A stretch of 64,000 nt of DNA from positions 496,001 through 560,000 of the forward strand of contig CATNEN010000027.1 in assembly GCA_950097015.1 (NCBI GenBank). The letters run 5' to 3'. Below are positions 17,791-32,158 of the stretch, piece by piece. This DNA is from Macrostomum hystrix (lineage: Eukaryota > Animalia > Platyhelminthes). Made by a program: the position numbers and the translations under genes. The notes below the pieces were generated by a model. It saw nothing but the letters and a program-made list of their open reading frames with translations, was not told where the DNA came from and made no database searches. How positions within the stretch are numbered: the first letter of the stretch is position 1; the number at the start of each line of letters is the position of its first letter.

Positions 17791-18486
17791 TGATTACTGC
17801 AATATTCACATCAAGGCACTTTCAGATCAATCATTCAGATATTCCTCTTAATACAAAGCACTCCTCGTCCTTGACAAGACTGACCCCAATGATTCTCTAG
17901 CTACTGTTGCAAATATCAAGCTTTGCTAGAAAAGTCCACCTAGAGCGATCTTGTTTATGAGATTTTTTCGCTCGATCCTCATAACTCTGATTCTCTTTCT
18001 CACACAGCCGCTCCAAAGTCACTCTGGCTTATTCTGTTGGCAGCGGGACTCAACTAAAAACGGTTTTCATCGACCTTCCAGCAGGGACCAAAGGAAGCAG
18101 TTTTTGGCTCCTCTCGCCGCGGAAGAAGAGTGGGTTATTGCGTGAGGTTATGCTGAGAAAACAGCCATGTAGTTAGCAGTTGGAAGCCCAGCAGACTTTT
18201 GTGCCAGGGTCGATTTCTTTCTTTTGCCTGGCATTAATTCGAAACATCGCCGCTCTACTGCCAGACACCCCCTCCCCACTGCAGAGACTCAGTAGAGACT
18301 TAATCACTATACAAAGGCACCCCGCCACAGCAACCAATAAACAGGCAAAGAGCGGTGGAATGCCTTTGGCTTATGAGGAAGGCCTCATAAAACCGCTTTT
18401 GTATGCAAAAATTGTCCCAATTTGCTGCGAAATTTTCTCGCCTTTCTTTGGCGAGCCATGATTGTCTGCTTGGCTAGAAACTCTAT

Positions 18487-18602
18487 TGTGAGTATAGTGA
18501 GTATAGTGAGTATAGTGAGTATAGTGAATATAGTGAATATAGTGAATATAGTGAGCATAGTGAATATAGTCAGTATAGTGAGTATAGTGAATATAGTGAG
18601 TA
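18487..18602. repeat. 9-bp tandem repeat (agtatagtg/aatatagtg), ~13 copies
   Basis: Directly visible. Confidence 0.9.
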
Positions 18603-18826
18603 TAACGACCGAATCTCCATAACTGCTACACAAATCACAGCTCCGTATTTTAATATATATATCACTTTTAAATAGGGAAATACTTCCGTCTAGGCTATGA
18701 TACCTACATCTGAGAGCTAGTTAGATGGGAAATATTTTAAACCTAAATGGACAACGAGCCTAATAAGCTTGATGGCAATGCGTCGACTGTACTAGCCATT
18801 ATGTAGTTTTGCCATTTAGCCATTAT

Positions 18827-21358
18827 GTAGTTCTGGGTGTCTGCCATTCAGTTCTGGGTGTCTGCCATTCAGTTCTAGGTGTCTGCCATTCAGTTCTGGG
18901 TGTCTGCCATTCAGTTCTGGGTGTCTGCCATTCAGTTCTGGGTGTCTGCCATTCAGTTCTGGGTGTCTGCCATTCAGTTCTGGGTGTCTGCCATTCAGTT
19001 CTGGGTGTCTGCCATTCAGTTCTGGGTGTCTGCCATTCAGTTCTGGGTGTCTGCCATTCAGTTCTGGGTGTCTGCCATTCAGTTCTGGGTGTCTGCCATT
19101 CAGTTCTGGGTGTCTGCCATTCAGTTCTGGGTGTCTGTCATTCAGTTCTGGGTGTCTGCCATTCAGTTCTGGGTGTCTGCCATTCAGTTCTGGGTGTCTG
19201 TCATTCAGTTCTGGGTGTCTGCCATTCAGTTCTAGGTGTCTGTCATTCAGTTCTAGGTGTCTGCCATTCAGTTCTAGGTGTCTGCCATTCAGTTCTAGGT
19301 GTCTGTCATTCAGTTCTGGGTGTCTGCCATTCAGTTCTGGGTGTCTGCCATTCAGTTCTGGGTGTCTGTCATTCAGTTCTGGGTGTCTGCCATTCAGTTC
19401 TGGGTGTCTGCCATTCAGTTCTGGGTGTCTGCCATTCAGTTCTGGGTGTCTGCCATTCAGTTCTGGGTGTCTGCCATTCAGTTCTGGGTGTCTGCCATTC
19501 AGTTCTGGGTGTCTGCCATTCAGTTCTGGGTGTCTGCCATTCAGTTCTGGGTGTCTGCCATTCAGTTCTGGGTGTCTGCCATTCAGTTCTGGGTGTCTGT
19601 CATTCAGTTCTGGGTGTCTGCCATTCAGTTCTGGGTGTCTGCCATTCAGTTCTGGGTGTCTGTCATTCAGTTCTGGGTGTCTGCCATTCAGTTCTAGGTG
19701 TCTGTCATTCAGTTCTGGGTGTCTGCCATTCAGTTCTGGGTGTCTGCCGTTTAGTTCTGGGTGTCTGCCATTCAGTTCTGGGTGTCTGCCATTCAGCTCT
19801 GGGTGTCTGTCATTCAGTTCTGGGTGTCTGTCATTCAGTTCTGGGTGTCTGCCATTCAGTTCTGGGTGTCTGCCATTCAGTTCTGGGTGTCTGCCATTCA
19901 GTTCTAGGTGTCTGCCATTCAGTTCTGGGTGTCTGTCAGTTCTGGGTGTCTGCCATTCAGTTCTGGGTGTCTGTCAGTTCTGGGTGTCTGCCATTCAGTT
20001 CTGGGTGTCTGCCATTCAGTTCTGGGTGTCTGCCATTCAGTTCTGGGTGTCTGCCATTCAGTTCTGGGTGTCTGTCAGTTCTGGGTGTCTGCCATTCAGT
20101 TCTGGGTGTCTGCCATTCAGTTCTGGGTGTCTGCCATTCAGTTCTGGGTGTCTGCCATTCAGTTCTGGGTGTCTGCCATTCAGTTCTGGGTGTCTGCCAT
20201 TCAGTTCTAGGTGTCTGCCATTCAGTTCTGGGTGTCTGCCATTCAGTTCTGGGTGTCTGTCAGTTCTGGGTGTCTGCCATTCAGTTCTGGGTGTCTGCCA
20301 TTCAGTTCTGGGTGTCTGTCAGTTCTGGGTGTCTGCCATTCAGTTCTGGGTGTCTGCCATTCAGTTCTGGGTGTCTGCCATTCAGTTCTGGGTGTCTGCC
20401 ATTCAGTTCTGGGTGTCTGTCAGTTCTGGGTGTCTGCCATTCAGTTCTGGGTGTCTGTCATTCAGTTCTGGGTGTCTGTCATTCAGTTCTGGGTGTCTGC
20501 CATTCAGTTCTGGGTGTCTGCCATTCAGTTCTGGGTGTCTGCCATTCAGTTCTAGGTGTCTGCCATTCAGTTCTGGGTGTCTGTCAGTTCTGGGTGTCTG
20601 CCATTCAGTTCTGGGTGTCTGTCAGTTCTGGGTGTCTGCCATTCAGTTCTGGGTGTCTGCCATTCAGTTCTGGGTGTCTGCCATTCAGTTCTGGGTGTCT
20701 GCCATTCAGTTCTGGGTGTCTGCCATTCAGTTCTGGGTGTCTGTCAGTTCTGGGTGTCTGCCATTCAGTTCTGGGTGTCTGCCATTCAGTTCTGGGTGTC
20801 TGCCATTCAGTTCTGGGTGTCTGCCATTCAGTTCTGGGTGTCTGCCATTCAGTTCTGGGTGTCTGCCATTCAGTTCTAGGTGTCTGCCATTCAGTTCTGG
20901 GTGTCTGCCATTCAGTTCTGGGTGTCTGTCAGTTCTGGGTGTCTGCCATTCAGTTCTGGGTGTCTGCCATTCAGTTCTGGGTGTCTGTCAGTTCTGGGTG
21001 TCTGCCATTCAGTTCTGGGTGTCTGCCATTCAGTTCTGGGTGTCTGCCATTCAGTTCTGGGTGTCTGCCATTCAGTTCTGGGTGTCTGTCAGTTCTGGGT
21101 GTCTGCCATTCAGTTCTGGGTGTCTGCCATTCAGTTCTGGGTGTCTGCCATTCAGTTCTAGGTGTCTGTCATTCAGTTCTAGGTGTCTGCCATTCAGTTC
21201 TGGGTGTCTGCCATTCAGTTCTGGGTGTCTGCCATTCAGTTCTGGGTGTCTGCCATTCAGTTCTAGGTGTCTGTCATTCAGTTCTAGGTGTCTGCCATTC
21301 AGTTCTGGGTGTCTGTCATTCAGTTCTAGGTGTCTGCCATTCAGTTCTGGGTGTCTGT
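18827..21358. repeat. 21-bp satellite array (~2.5 kb) with a 17-bp deletion variant
   Basis: Unit cagttctgggtgtctgccatt; the variant cagttctgggtgtctgt appears from ~19930 onward. Confidence 0.97.
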
Positions 21359-21889
21359 CTGTCCTGACAGTTTTTGACTGTCCTGTCTGTATTTCTAGAT
21401 ATTTATGCCAATTCTACTATTGAGCATTATAGTTTTTAATTCGTATTTAAACGGTGGAGTCAAGATGAAAACTGAAATTATGCAAATATAGTCACTCAAA
21501 GTGCTAGAATACGACCCAAACGGGCATGCCAAATAGAGCGTTTTAAATGCAAACTGGCTTGCAAAATGGAAGGCAACTCCAAATTCGCAGAATAAGCAAA
21601 ATTCAAAGAATTAAATTTTACATTTTGCCCGAAAAAGCAAATTTATCTAGAAGCAACAAGGGGCTCACAGGTTTTAAAGGAAGCGCAAATGTTTGCCTTC
21701 ATATTTCAAAATTTTATTTCTTGTTTGAAACGTGATGTACACAAATATAACATTTGAACAAAACGTAACGATAAAAGTACTTGTACTGTACATTTACTTC
21801 ATGAATTGTTGAAACAGAAATGTGAGTTAGATAGTACAGCAACAGATGCTCAGTCCATAGACTGGGTTGGGCCCTCGCTGGGTTAGGAG

Positions 21890-23877
21890 AAATGAGACAC
21901 AGGAGAGATGAGACACCAGAGAGATGAGATACCAGAGAGATGAGATACCAGAGAGATGAGACACCAGAGAGATGAGATACCAGAGAGATGAGACACCAGA
22001 GAGATGAGACACCAGAGAGATGAGATACCAGAGAGATGAGACACCAGAGAGATGAGACACCAGAGAGATGAGATACCAGAGAGATGAGACACCAGAGAGA
22101 TGAGACACCAGAGAGAGATGAGACACCAGAGAGATGAGATACCAGAGAGATGAGACACCAGAGAGATGAGACACCAGAGAGATGAGATACCAGAGAGATG
22201 AGACACCAGAGAGATGAGACACCAGAGAGATGAGATACCAGAGAGATGAGACACCAGAGAGATGAGACACCAGAGAGAGATGAGACACCAGAGAGATGAG
22301 ATACCAGAGAGATGAGATACCAGAGAGATGAGACACCAGAGAGATGAGACACCAGAGAGAGATGAGACACCAGAGAGATGAGATACCAGAGAGATGAGAC
22401 ACCAGAGAGATGAGACACCAGAGAGATGAGACACCAGAGAGATGAGACACCAGAGAGATGAGATACCAGAGAGATGAGATACCAGAGAGATGAGACACCA
22501 AAGAGATTAGACACCAGAGAGATGAGAAACTGGAGAGATGAGACACCAGAGAGATGAGACACCAGAGAGATGAGACACCAGAGAGATGAGACACCAGAGA
22601 GATGAGAAACTGGAGAGATGAGACACCAGAGAGATGAGACACCAGAGAGATGAGACACCAGAGAGATGAGACACCAGAGAGATGAGACACCAGAGAGATG
22701 AGACACCAGAGAGATGAGAAACTGGAGAGATGAGACACCAGAGAGATGAGACACCAGAGAGATGAGACACCAGAGAGATGAGACACCAGAGAGATGAGAC
22801 ACCAGAGAGATGAGAAACTGGAGAGATGAGACACCAGAGAGATGAGACACCAGAGAAACTGGAGAGATGAGACACCAGAGAGATGAGAAACTGGAGAGAT
22901 GAGAAACTGGAGAGATGAGACACCAAGACACCAGAGAGATGAGACAAGAGAGAGATGAGACAAGAGAGAGATGAGACAAGAGAGAGATGAGAAACTGGAG
23001 AGATGAGACACCAGAGAGATGAGAAACTGGAGAGATGAGACACCAGAGAGATGAGAAACTGGAGAGATGAGACACCAGAGAGATGAGACACTGGAGAGAT
23101 GAGACACCAGAGAGATGAGACACCAGAGAGATGAGACACCAGAGAAACTGGAGAGATGAGACACCAGAGAGATGAGAAACTGGAGAGATGAGACACCAGA
23201 GAGATGAGAAACTGGAGAGATGAGACACCAGAGAGATGAGAAACTGGAGAGATGAGACACCAGAGAGATGAGACACCAGAGAGATGAGACACCAGAGAGA
23301 TGAGACACCAGAGAGATGAGACACCAGAGAGATGAGACACCAGAGAGATGAGACACCAGAGAGATGAGAAACTGGAGAGATGAGACACCAGAGAGATGAG
23401 AAACTGGAGAGATGAGAAACTGGAGAGATGAGACACCAAGACACCAGAGAGATGAGACAAGAGAGAGATGAGACAAGAGAGAGATGAGACAAGAGAGAGA
23501 TGAGAAACTGGAGAGATGAGACACCAGAGAGATGAGAAACTGGAGAGATGAGACACCAGAGAGATGAGAAACTGGAGAGATGAGACACCAGAGAGATGAG
23601 ACACTGGAGAGATGAGACACCAGAGAGATGAGACACCAGAGAGATGAGACACCAGAGAAACTGGAGAGATGAGACACCAGAGAGATGAGAAACTGGAGAG
23701 ATGAGACACCAGAGAGATGAGAAACTGGAGAGATGAGACACCAGAGAGATGAGAAACTGGAGAGATGAGACACCAGAGAGATGAGAAACTGGAGAGATGA
23801 GACACCAAGACACCAGAGAGATGAGACAAGAGAGAGATGAGACAAGAGAGAGATGAGACAAGAGAGAGATGAGACAG
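21890..23877. repeat. 16-bp satellite array (~2 kb)
   Basis: Unit gagacaccagagagat; variants gagatacc (left part) and gagaaactgga / gagacaag (right part). Confidence 0.97.
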
Positions 23878-24636
23878 GGGAAAGATGAGAATGGGAATTG
23901 AAATTTGCGTCTGCAACAGTATTGCTTATTTGTGGCATCGCCTCATTATTATTCATGAGAAATATTTGACTCACAGACAGCATGGGTACATTGCAATCTT
24001 TCAGCAACTCATTCGCTTGGCAGGTTCAATAGATAGGGAGCGGAGCGCGTGGCAGAATTTAAAATTCAGCAGATCTCGTTCGCACTCTTATTCATTCGAT
24101 CCGCTCTATAAATCCCATCCGATTACTTCCCCAATTCGGTCGTACATTATTCTCATAAGCCGGACCCACGCGGGCCTATAGACGTTGGTCATCATAAAAC
24201 TGTCAAATTTATTCTATTACACTAAATAAATTCGTTCCCTTTTCATTTCGATGCAGATTGAATCGGCTAAGGATGAGTCTTTGGCGGTTGGGGGTTGGAG
24301 GCCTTAGAATGACGGTTCAGGCAATTTAACCAGGAAATAATTATCTTCTACTTTTCTACTAGCCATGGCCTTAGGCCTTACGTCCGAATGGACTGAAAAC
24401 TAAAGCAGCGTTGGTTCACATTTTAATGCCAGCGGTTAAACCTTTCTGAAGCTTACCGTGCTTTGCGTATTCCCCTTCCTTTCTTTCTTATCATTTTTTC
24501 CTGGAATTCAGCTTCGCCAAAGATGAAAGTCAATTGTGCATTTTGGCAATTATCGTATAAAATGCTTCTAGCCCTCCAAGTAGATTGCTAACTCTGGAAT
24601 GGCTTTAGCAAATCTGTCTGGGTTTTGTAAAAATCT

Positions 24637-25446
24637 CAAGGATTTTGTGTGAATCTGTCAGGACTTTGTGTGAATCTGTCAGGTTTTGTGTGAATCTGTC
24701 AGGATTTTGAGTGACTCTGTCAGGATTTTGTGTGAATCTGTCAGGACTTCGTGTGAATCTGTCAGGATTTTGTGTGAATCTGTCAGGTTTTGTGTGAATC
24801 TGTCAGGACTTCGTGTGAATCTGTCAGGATTTTGTGTGAATCTGTCAGGTTTTGTGTGAATCTGTCAGGATTTTGAGTGACTCTGTCAGGATTTTGTGTG
24901 AATCTGTCAGGACTTCGTGTGAATCTGTCAGGATTTTGAGTGACTCTGTCAGGATTTTGTGTGAATCTGTCAGGTTTTGTGTGGATCTTTCAGGATTTTG
25001 TGTGAATCTGTCAGGTTTTGTGTGGATCTTTCAGGTTTTGTGTGAATCTGTCAGTTTTTTGTGTGAATCTGTCAGTTTTTTGTGTGAATCTGTCAGTTTT
25101 TTGTGTGAATCTGTTAGGTTTTGTGTGAATCTGTCAGGTTTTGTGTGAATCTGTCAGGTTTTGTGTGAGTCTGTCAGGATTTTGTATGAATCTGTCAGGA
25201 TTTTGTGTGAATCTGTCAGGTTTTGTGTGAGTCTGTCAGGGTTTTGTGTGAGTCTGTCAGGGTTTTGTGTGAGTCTGTCAGGATTTTGTGTGAATCTGTC
25301 AGGATTTTGTGTGAATCTGTCAGGTTTTGTGTGAGTCTGTCAGGGTTTTGTGTGAGTCTGTCAGGGTTTTGTGTGAGTCTGTCAGGATTTTGTGTGAATC
25401 TGTCAGGATTTTGTGTGAAACTGTTAGGTTTTGTGTGAATCTCTCA
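24637..25446. repeat. 20/21-bp minisatellite
   Basis: Unit gtgtgaatctgtcaggatttt. Confidence 0.95.
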
Positions 25447-25974
25447 GGCTTTTTCTCAGTTCTCTGTCTCTCAGTTCCCACATCCAAAACATCTTTAAAA
25501 ATCCGAAACGATTTTCTAAATCCGACAGAATTTCTAAAACAAAAAAATAATCGCAAGTCTTTGACACAAACGACTAGATACCTAGGACGGCTTTGAAACG
25601 TCACAATCGAACGTTGAACGGTGCAGACTAACTGAATAATGCACCAATGGAGATCATAAATTGAAAACGCCATCAAACAGCATAACTTATCACTGATTTT
25701 GCACAGCGACTTTTAGCAAACTAAACTGATTATCACAGCCAAAATGTGAGTGAGGGAGTAATTCTTCCCAAAGAGGAATTTTAGGGATCTGTTTGCGGGA
25801 CTTCATCGATGAAAATTTTCTTTGCCTCATCATTCACCAGCCGGGCTAACTGGACAAAAAATGGCAGCCTTCTGTTCCTTCTACGAGCTACACTATGATG
25901 CAATCAATTACCTGTGGCAGAAGATTATTTTACTGTTACGGGTACAGATGAAACTTGTCACTATCTAATACCCA

Positions 25975-27085
25975 CGCTCCCGTGTCTCATCGCTCCCGTG
26001 TCTCATCGCTCCCGTGTCTCATCTCTCCCATGTCTTAACTCTCTGGTGTCTCATCCCTCCCGTGTCTCATCTCTCCCATGTCTTAACTCTCTGGTGTCTC
26101 ATCTCTCCCGTGTCTCATCTCTCCCATGTCTTAACTCTCTGGTGTCTCATCCCTCCCGTGTCTCATCTCTCCCATGTCTTAACTCTCTGGTGTCTCATCT
26201 CTCCCGTGTCTTAACTCTCTGGTGTCTCATCCCTCCCGTGTCTCATCTCTCCCATGTCTTAACTCTCTGGTGTCTCATCTCTCCCGTGTCTTAACTCTCT
26301 GGTGTCTCATCCCTCCCGTGTCTCATCTCTCCCATGTCTTAACTCTCTGGTGTCTCATCTCTCCCGTGTCTTAACTCTCTGGTGTCTCATCTCTCCCGTG
26401 TCTTAACTCTCTGGTGTCTCATCTCTCTGGTGTCTCATCTCTCTGGTGTCTCATCTCTCTGGTGTCTCATCTCTCTGGTGTCTCATCTCTCTGGTGTCTC
26501 ATCTCTCTGGTGTCTCATCTCTCCCATGTCTTAACTCTCTGGTGTCTCATCTCTCTGGTGTCTCATCTCTCTGGTGTCTCATCTCTCCTGTGTCTCATCT
26601 CTCTGGTGTCTCATCTCTCTGGTGTCTCATCTCTCTGGTGTCTCATCTCTCTGGTGTCTCATCTCTCCCATGTCTCATCTCTCCTGTGTCTCATCTCTCT
26701 GGTGTCTCATCTCTCCCATTTCTTAACTCTCTGGTGTCTCATCTCTCCTATGTCTTAACTCTCTGGTGTCTCATCTCTCCCATGTCTTAACTCTCTGGTG
26801 TCTCATCTCTCCCATGTCTTAACTCTCTGGTGTCTCATCTCTCCCATTTCTTAACTCTCTGGTGTCTCATCTCTCCTATGTCTTAACTCTCTGGTGTCTC
26901 ATCTCTCCTATGTCTTAACTCTCTGGTGTCTCATCTCTCCCATGTCTTAACTCTCTGGTGTCTCATCTCTCCCATTTCTTAACTCTCTGGTGTCTCATCT
27001 CTCCTATGTCTTAACTCTCTGGTGTCTCATCTCTACCGTGTCTTAACTCTCTGGTGTCTCATCTCTACCGTGTCTTAACTCTCCC
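25975..27085. repeat. 16-bp satellite array, inverted relative of the 21890-23877 array
   Basis: Unit atctctctggtgtctc is the reverse complement of gagacaccagagagat; interspersed with ccatgtcttaact variants. Confidence 0.95.
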
Positions 27086-27778
27086 TATCTCATCTCTGCT
27101 ACCTGCCTCCTCCAGTCCACAGTAATTTAGCAAACCAATCCTTTCTTAACCATATTTAATAGCCTTCAAGCCTGTCTGCTTAGCTGCGTACATTACTAAA
27201 AACCGATACGGAAAATAAGGGGACATTGCATATAGGGGCCATGGGTCGCCGGCACAGCGTGGTGTTGCTTGTCGGCCGGTCAAGGCTGATTAATTTCTGG
27301 GGCAGCAAGAAACACGGCTGTCGCCTGCAATTACTCCGGCTGGACTTCAAAGTTACCTGAAATTTTACCTGAGGTGAATTATTGTTTGTATTGGCCGTAA
27401 GTAATGGTATATTGTTCCTGGAAATGTCTCTCTAGGCATTGCATGTCGTGAGTTAGTTTTTCCTGTTTAAAATTCTCTCTTCAAGCAATCAAATTGGGGC
27501 GAGCTGTTATGATCAGCAATTGTGTCAATTTACTAATTCTTTTATTTCATGAACAAAATAGGAAGGCTGGAAGTATATTTCAAGCAATAAAACTGAAAAA
27601 TATTACTTTGAAAGGCTGTGTACAACTGCTCAGTCCGTGGACAGGATGGGCTGCCACAGAGTCCCAAAATTCGACTTTCTTAATGGCACAAATTAATTTA
27701 CTTGGGCTTAAATTCGTACTCCCGACCTTTTGTTCAGACGTCCACAGCTCTATCCACTTGGCCACAATCTCCATCCGA

Positions 27779-27874
27779 GATATGTGCATCCGGATACGTA
27801 CATCCGGATAAGTACATCTGGATAAGTACATCTGGGGATACGTACATCCAGATGGGTACATCCGGATATGTACA
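27779..27874. repeat. Short array of self-complementary ~13-bp units (gtacatccggata)
   Basis: About 6 degenerate copies with an atccggat palindrome core. Confidence 0.6.
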
Positions 27875-28291
27875 AAAGTGCACAAACACAGTTTTACATC
27901 GACCGAGAATTTCTCGTCGACAGGCCATGTCCTCGAATGCACGTAAAATCAAGGGTCTCTGCCTATTATGTACCTTTCTTATAAGTTTCATTTTCCAATT
28001 CAGGAGGCAGACAGGTTGGGTTTTGCTCCACAAGAATCCCATTTCATTTACGTTCCATTGCGGAAGTCATCTCTTGGCAGCCTCGAGTCCGACTTTTAGT
28101 TCGCCTGATTAGGGAAACGGCGAACGGGAAGTCATAAAGGTGATACACGCTTTGATCTGTGCGGACAATCTCAACCATGAGTCCCTAGAGTTCACTCTGT
28201 TTTCTATTTTACTTTTAGCTTCCGTTTCCTTTTGGATGACACAAACGCACTCGACTAATTAATGCCTTGGACACTTTTGAAGCTAATATGC

Positions 28292-28292
<1 letters not shown>

Positions 28293-28333
<41 letters not shown>

Positions 28334-28414
28334 CAACTAACTAACTAGCTAACTAACTAACTAACTAACCAACTAACTAACTAACTAACTAACTAACCAA
28401 CTAACTAACTAACG

Positions 28415-28459
<45 letters not shown>

Positions 28460-28606
28460 ACTAACTAACTAACTAACTAACTAACCAACTAACTAACTAA
28501 CTAACTGACTAACTAACTAACCAACTATCTAACTAAATAACCAACTAACTAACTAACTAACCAACTATCTAACTAAATAACCAACTAAGTAACTAACTAA
28601 CTAAGC

Positions 28607-28657
<51 letters not shown>

Positions 28658-28862
28658 GAACTAACTAACTAACGAACTAACTAACTAACGAACTAACTAA
28701 CCAACTAACTAACCAACTAACTAACTAACTAACTAACTAACCAACTAACTAACTAACTAACTGACTAACTAACTAACCAACTATCTAACTAAATAACCAA
28801 CTAACTAACTAACTAACCAACTATCTAACTAAATAACCAACTAAGTAACTAACTAACTAAGC

Positions 28863-28913
<51 letters not shown>

Positions 28914-28958
28914 GAACTAACTAACTAACGAACTAACTAACTAACGAACTAACTAACC

Positions 28959-29036
<78 letters not shown>

Positions 29037-29178
29037 CCAACTATCTAACTAACTAACCAACTAACTAACTAACCAACTAACCAACTAACTAACTAAATAA
29101 CCAACTAAGTAACTAACTAACTAAGTAACTAACTAACTAACTAACTACTTAACTAACTAACTAACTAACTAACTAAAC

Positions 29179-29237
<59 letters not shown>

Positions 29238-29278
29238 CAACTATCTAACTAACTAACCAACTAACTAACCAACTAACC

Positions 29279-29341
<63 letters not shown>

Positions 29342-29627
29342 CAACTATCTAACTAAATAACCAACTAAGTAACTAACTAACTAAGTATCTAACTAACTAA
29401 CTAACTACTTAACTAACTAACTAACTAACTAACTAAACAACTAACTAACTAACTAACTCTGCAATTAAGAGAAATTCCTACTCTGTGTGCGTGGTTTCTT
29501 TACATTCGTCTAACTAACTAACTAACTAACCAACTAACTAACTAACTAACTAACTAACCAACTAACTAACTAACGAACTAACTAACTAACTAACTAACTA
29601 ACGAACTAACTAACGAACTAACTAACC

Positions 29628-29701
<74 letters not shown>

Positions 29702-29732
29702 CTAACTAACCAACTAACTAACTAACTAACTA
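28293..29732. repeat. (CTAA)n tetranucleotide microsatellite, ~1.4 kb
   Basis: Directly visible; ccaa, cgaa and ctat variants; unique interruption at ~29458-29510. Confidence 0.97.
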
Positions 29733-29786
29733 CTCACTTTAGTAAATATTCTGAAAAAGTTTCAACTCCTGGATCATTCATTCAAG

Positions 29787-31560
29787 ATGAGAATCATGGA
29801 TTCGGGAGGGCGAGATCACGGATTTGGGAGGGCGAGATCACGGATTAGTAGGGTGAGATCACGGATTAGTATAGCGAGATGACGGATTTAGTAGGGCGAG
29901 ATCACGGATTAGTAGGGCGAGATCACGGATTATTAGGGCGAGATCACGGATTAGTAGGGCGAGATCACGGATTTAGTAGGGCGAGATCACGGATTAGTAT
30001 AGCGAGATGACGGATTTAGTAGGGCGAGATCACGGATTAGTAGGGCGAGATCACGGATTATTAGGGCGAGATCACGGATTAGTAGGGCGAGATCACGGAT
30101 TTAGTAGGGCGAGATCACGGATTATTAGGGCGAGATCACGGATTAGCAGGGTGAGATCACGGATTTAGTAGGGTGAGATCACGGATTATTAGATGAGAAT
30201 CATGGATTCAGGAGGGCGAGATCACGGATCCGGGAGGGCGAGATCACGGATTAGTAGGGTGAGATCACGGATTAGTATAGCGAGATCACGGATTAGTAGG
30301 GCGAGATCACGGATTAGTAGGGCGAGATCACGGATTATTAGGGCGAGATCACGGATTAGTAGGGCGAGATCACGGATTATTAGGGCGAGATGACGGATTT
30401 AGTAGGGCGAGATCACGGATTAGTAGGGCGAGATCACGGATTATTAGGGCGAGATCACGGATTTAGTAGGGCGAGATCACGGATTTAGTATGGCGAGATC
30501 ACGGATTATTAGGGCGAGATCACGGATTAGCAGGGTGAGATCACGGATTTAGTAGGGTGAGATCACGGATTATTAGGGTGAGATCACGGATTCGGGAGGG
30601 CGAGATCACGGATTTGGGAGGGCGAGATCACGGATTTAGTAGGGTGAGAACACGGGTTAGTAGGGCGAGATCACGGATTATTAGGGCGAGATCACGGATT
30701 AGTAGGGCGAGATCACGGATTTGGGAGGGCGAGATGACGGATTTAGTAGGGCGAGATCACGGATTAGTATGGCGAGATCACGGATTCGGGAGGGCGAGAT
30801 CACGGATTAGTAGGGCGAGATCACGGATTAGTAGGGTGAGATCACGGATTAGTAGGGTGAGATCACGGATTAGTAGGGCGAGATCACGGATTAGTAGGGT
30901 GAGATCACGGATTAGTAGGGTGAGATCACGGATTAGTAGGGCGAGATCACGGATTAGTAGGGTGAGATCACGGATTAGTAGGGTGAGATCACGGATTAGT
31001 AGGGTGAGATCACGGATTAGTAGGGCGAGATCACGGATTAGTAGGGTGAGATCACGGATTAGTAGGGCGAGATCACGGATTAGTAGGGCGAGATCACGGA
31101 TTAGCAGGGCGAGATGACGGATTTAGTAGGGCGAGATCACGGATTAGTAGGGCGAGATCACGGAATAGTAGGGCGAGATCACAGATTTAGTAGGGCAAGA
31201 TCACAGATTTAGTAGGGCGAGATCACGGATTTAGTAGGGCGAGATCACGGATTTAGTAGGGCGAGATCACGGATTTAGTAGGGCGAGATCACGGATTTAG
31301 TAGGGCGAGATCACGGATTAGTAGGGCGAGATCACGGATTTAGTAGGGCGAGATCACGGATTTAGTAGGGCGAGATCACGGATTTAGTAGGGCGAGATCA
31401 CGGATTTAGTAGGGCGTGATCACGGATTAGTAGGGCGAGATCACTGATTTAACAGGGTGAGATCACGGATTTGGGAGGGCGAGATCACGGATTTGGGACG
31501 GCGCGATCATGGATTTGGGAGGGTGAGATCACGGATTATTGAGGGCGAGATCACGGATTT
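29787..31560. repeat. 21/22-bp satellite array (~1.8 kb) upstream of the GPCR
   Basis: Unit gattagtagggcgagatcacg. Confidence 0.96.
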
Positions 31561-32158
31561 GGGGTATGACTTCACGAACATGGGGTATTGGGGTATGGGA
31601 TTTGGGGATGACATCAAGGATTTGGGGGAGAGCCTCGGCTCGGCTTGCTTTGCCTTTGTATTTCAAATACCCACATATTTATTTTCTCTGTATCTCCTCA
31701 ACTCTTCAAACAACCGCCATGAAAATGCAGAACACGGGCTAAAATTTTCCACTTTATCCGATGAAACAACGTACAGAATCACAAGCATCAGCATCGTCTA
31801 GATATTTAACGATTCTCGTCGGGTGTCTGGTGGCAAAAACCACAAAAACTGGCAAAAAATTTCTGCTATTAAAATTGTACGAGCTATGTTCTACTCTTAA
31901 GGTATTGTGTTGAGGACATGTTCATGACTTCAGACATACGCAACTCAGGCCTGCATTCGAGCTACGCACTTGAAAGCATCGGTCAGTCCTTATTGGTCCA
32001 AGCCTCAGCTGATTCGATTGGCTCGTCAGGCAGAGCCACTGTGATTTCTGGCCGCTGCCGCGATAAGAGCCAGGGCTGCGGAACCTGGCGCCACTCGCTG
32101 TCTAATTAGAAAACAAAAAAGTGAGCAGCTTATTTTTAAATTAAGCGCCATTCTGAGC

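Noticed and set aside
18809-24007. Very long ORFs (852, 479, 715, 726, 469 aa)
   Set aside because: They are translations of stop-free 21-bp and 16-bp tandem units in several frames and on both strands, with no domain content.
28293-29732. (CTAA)n as an interstitial telomere
   Set aside because: (TTAG)n does not match TTAGGG or TTAGG telomeric repeats.
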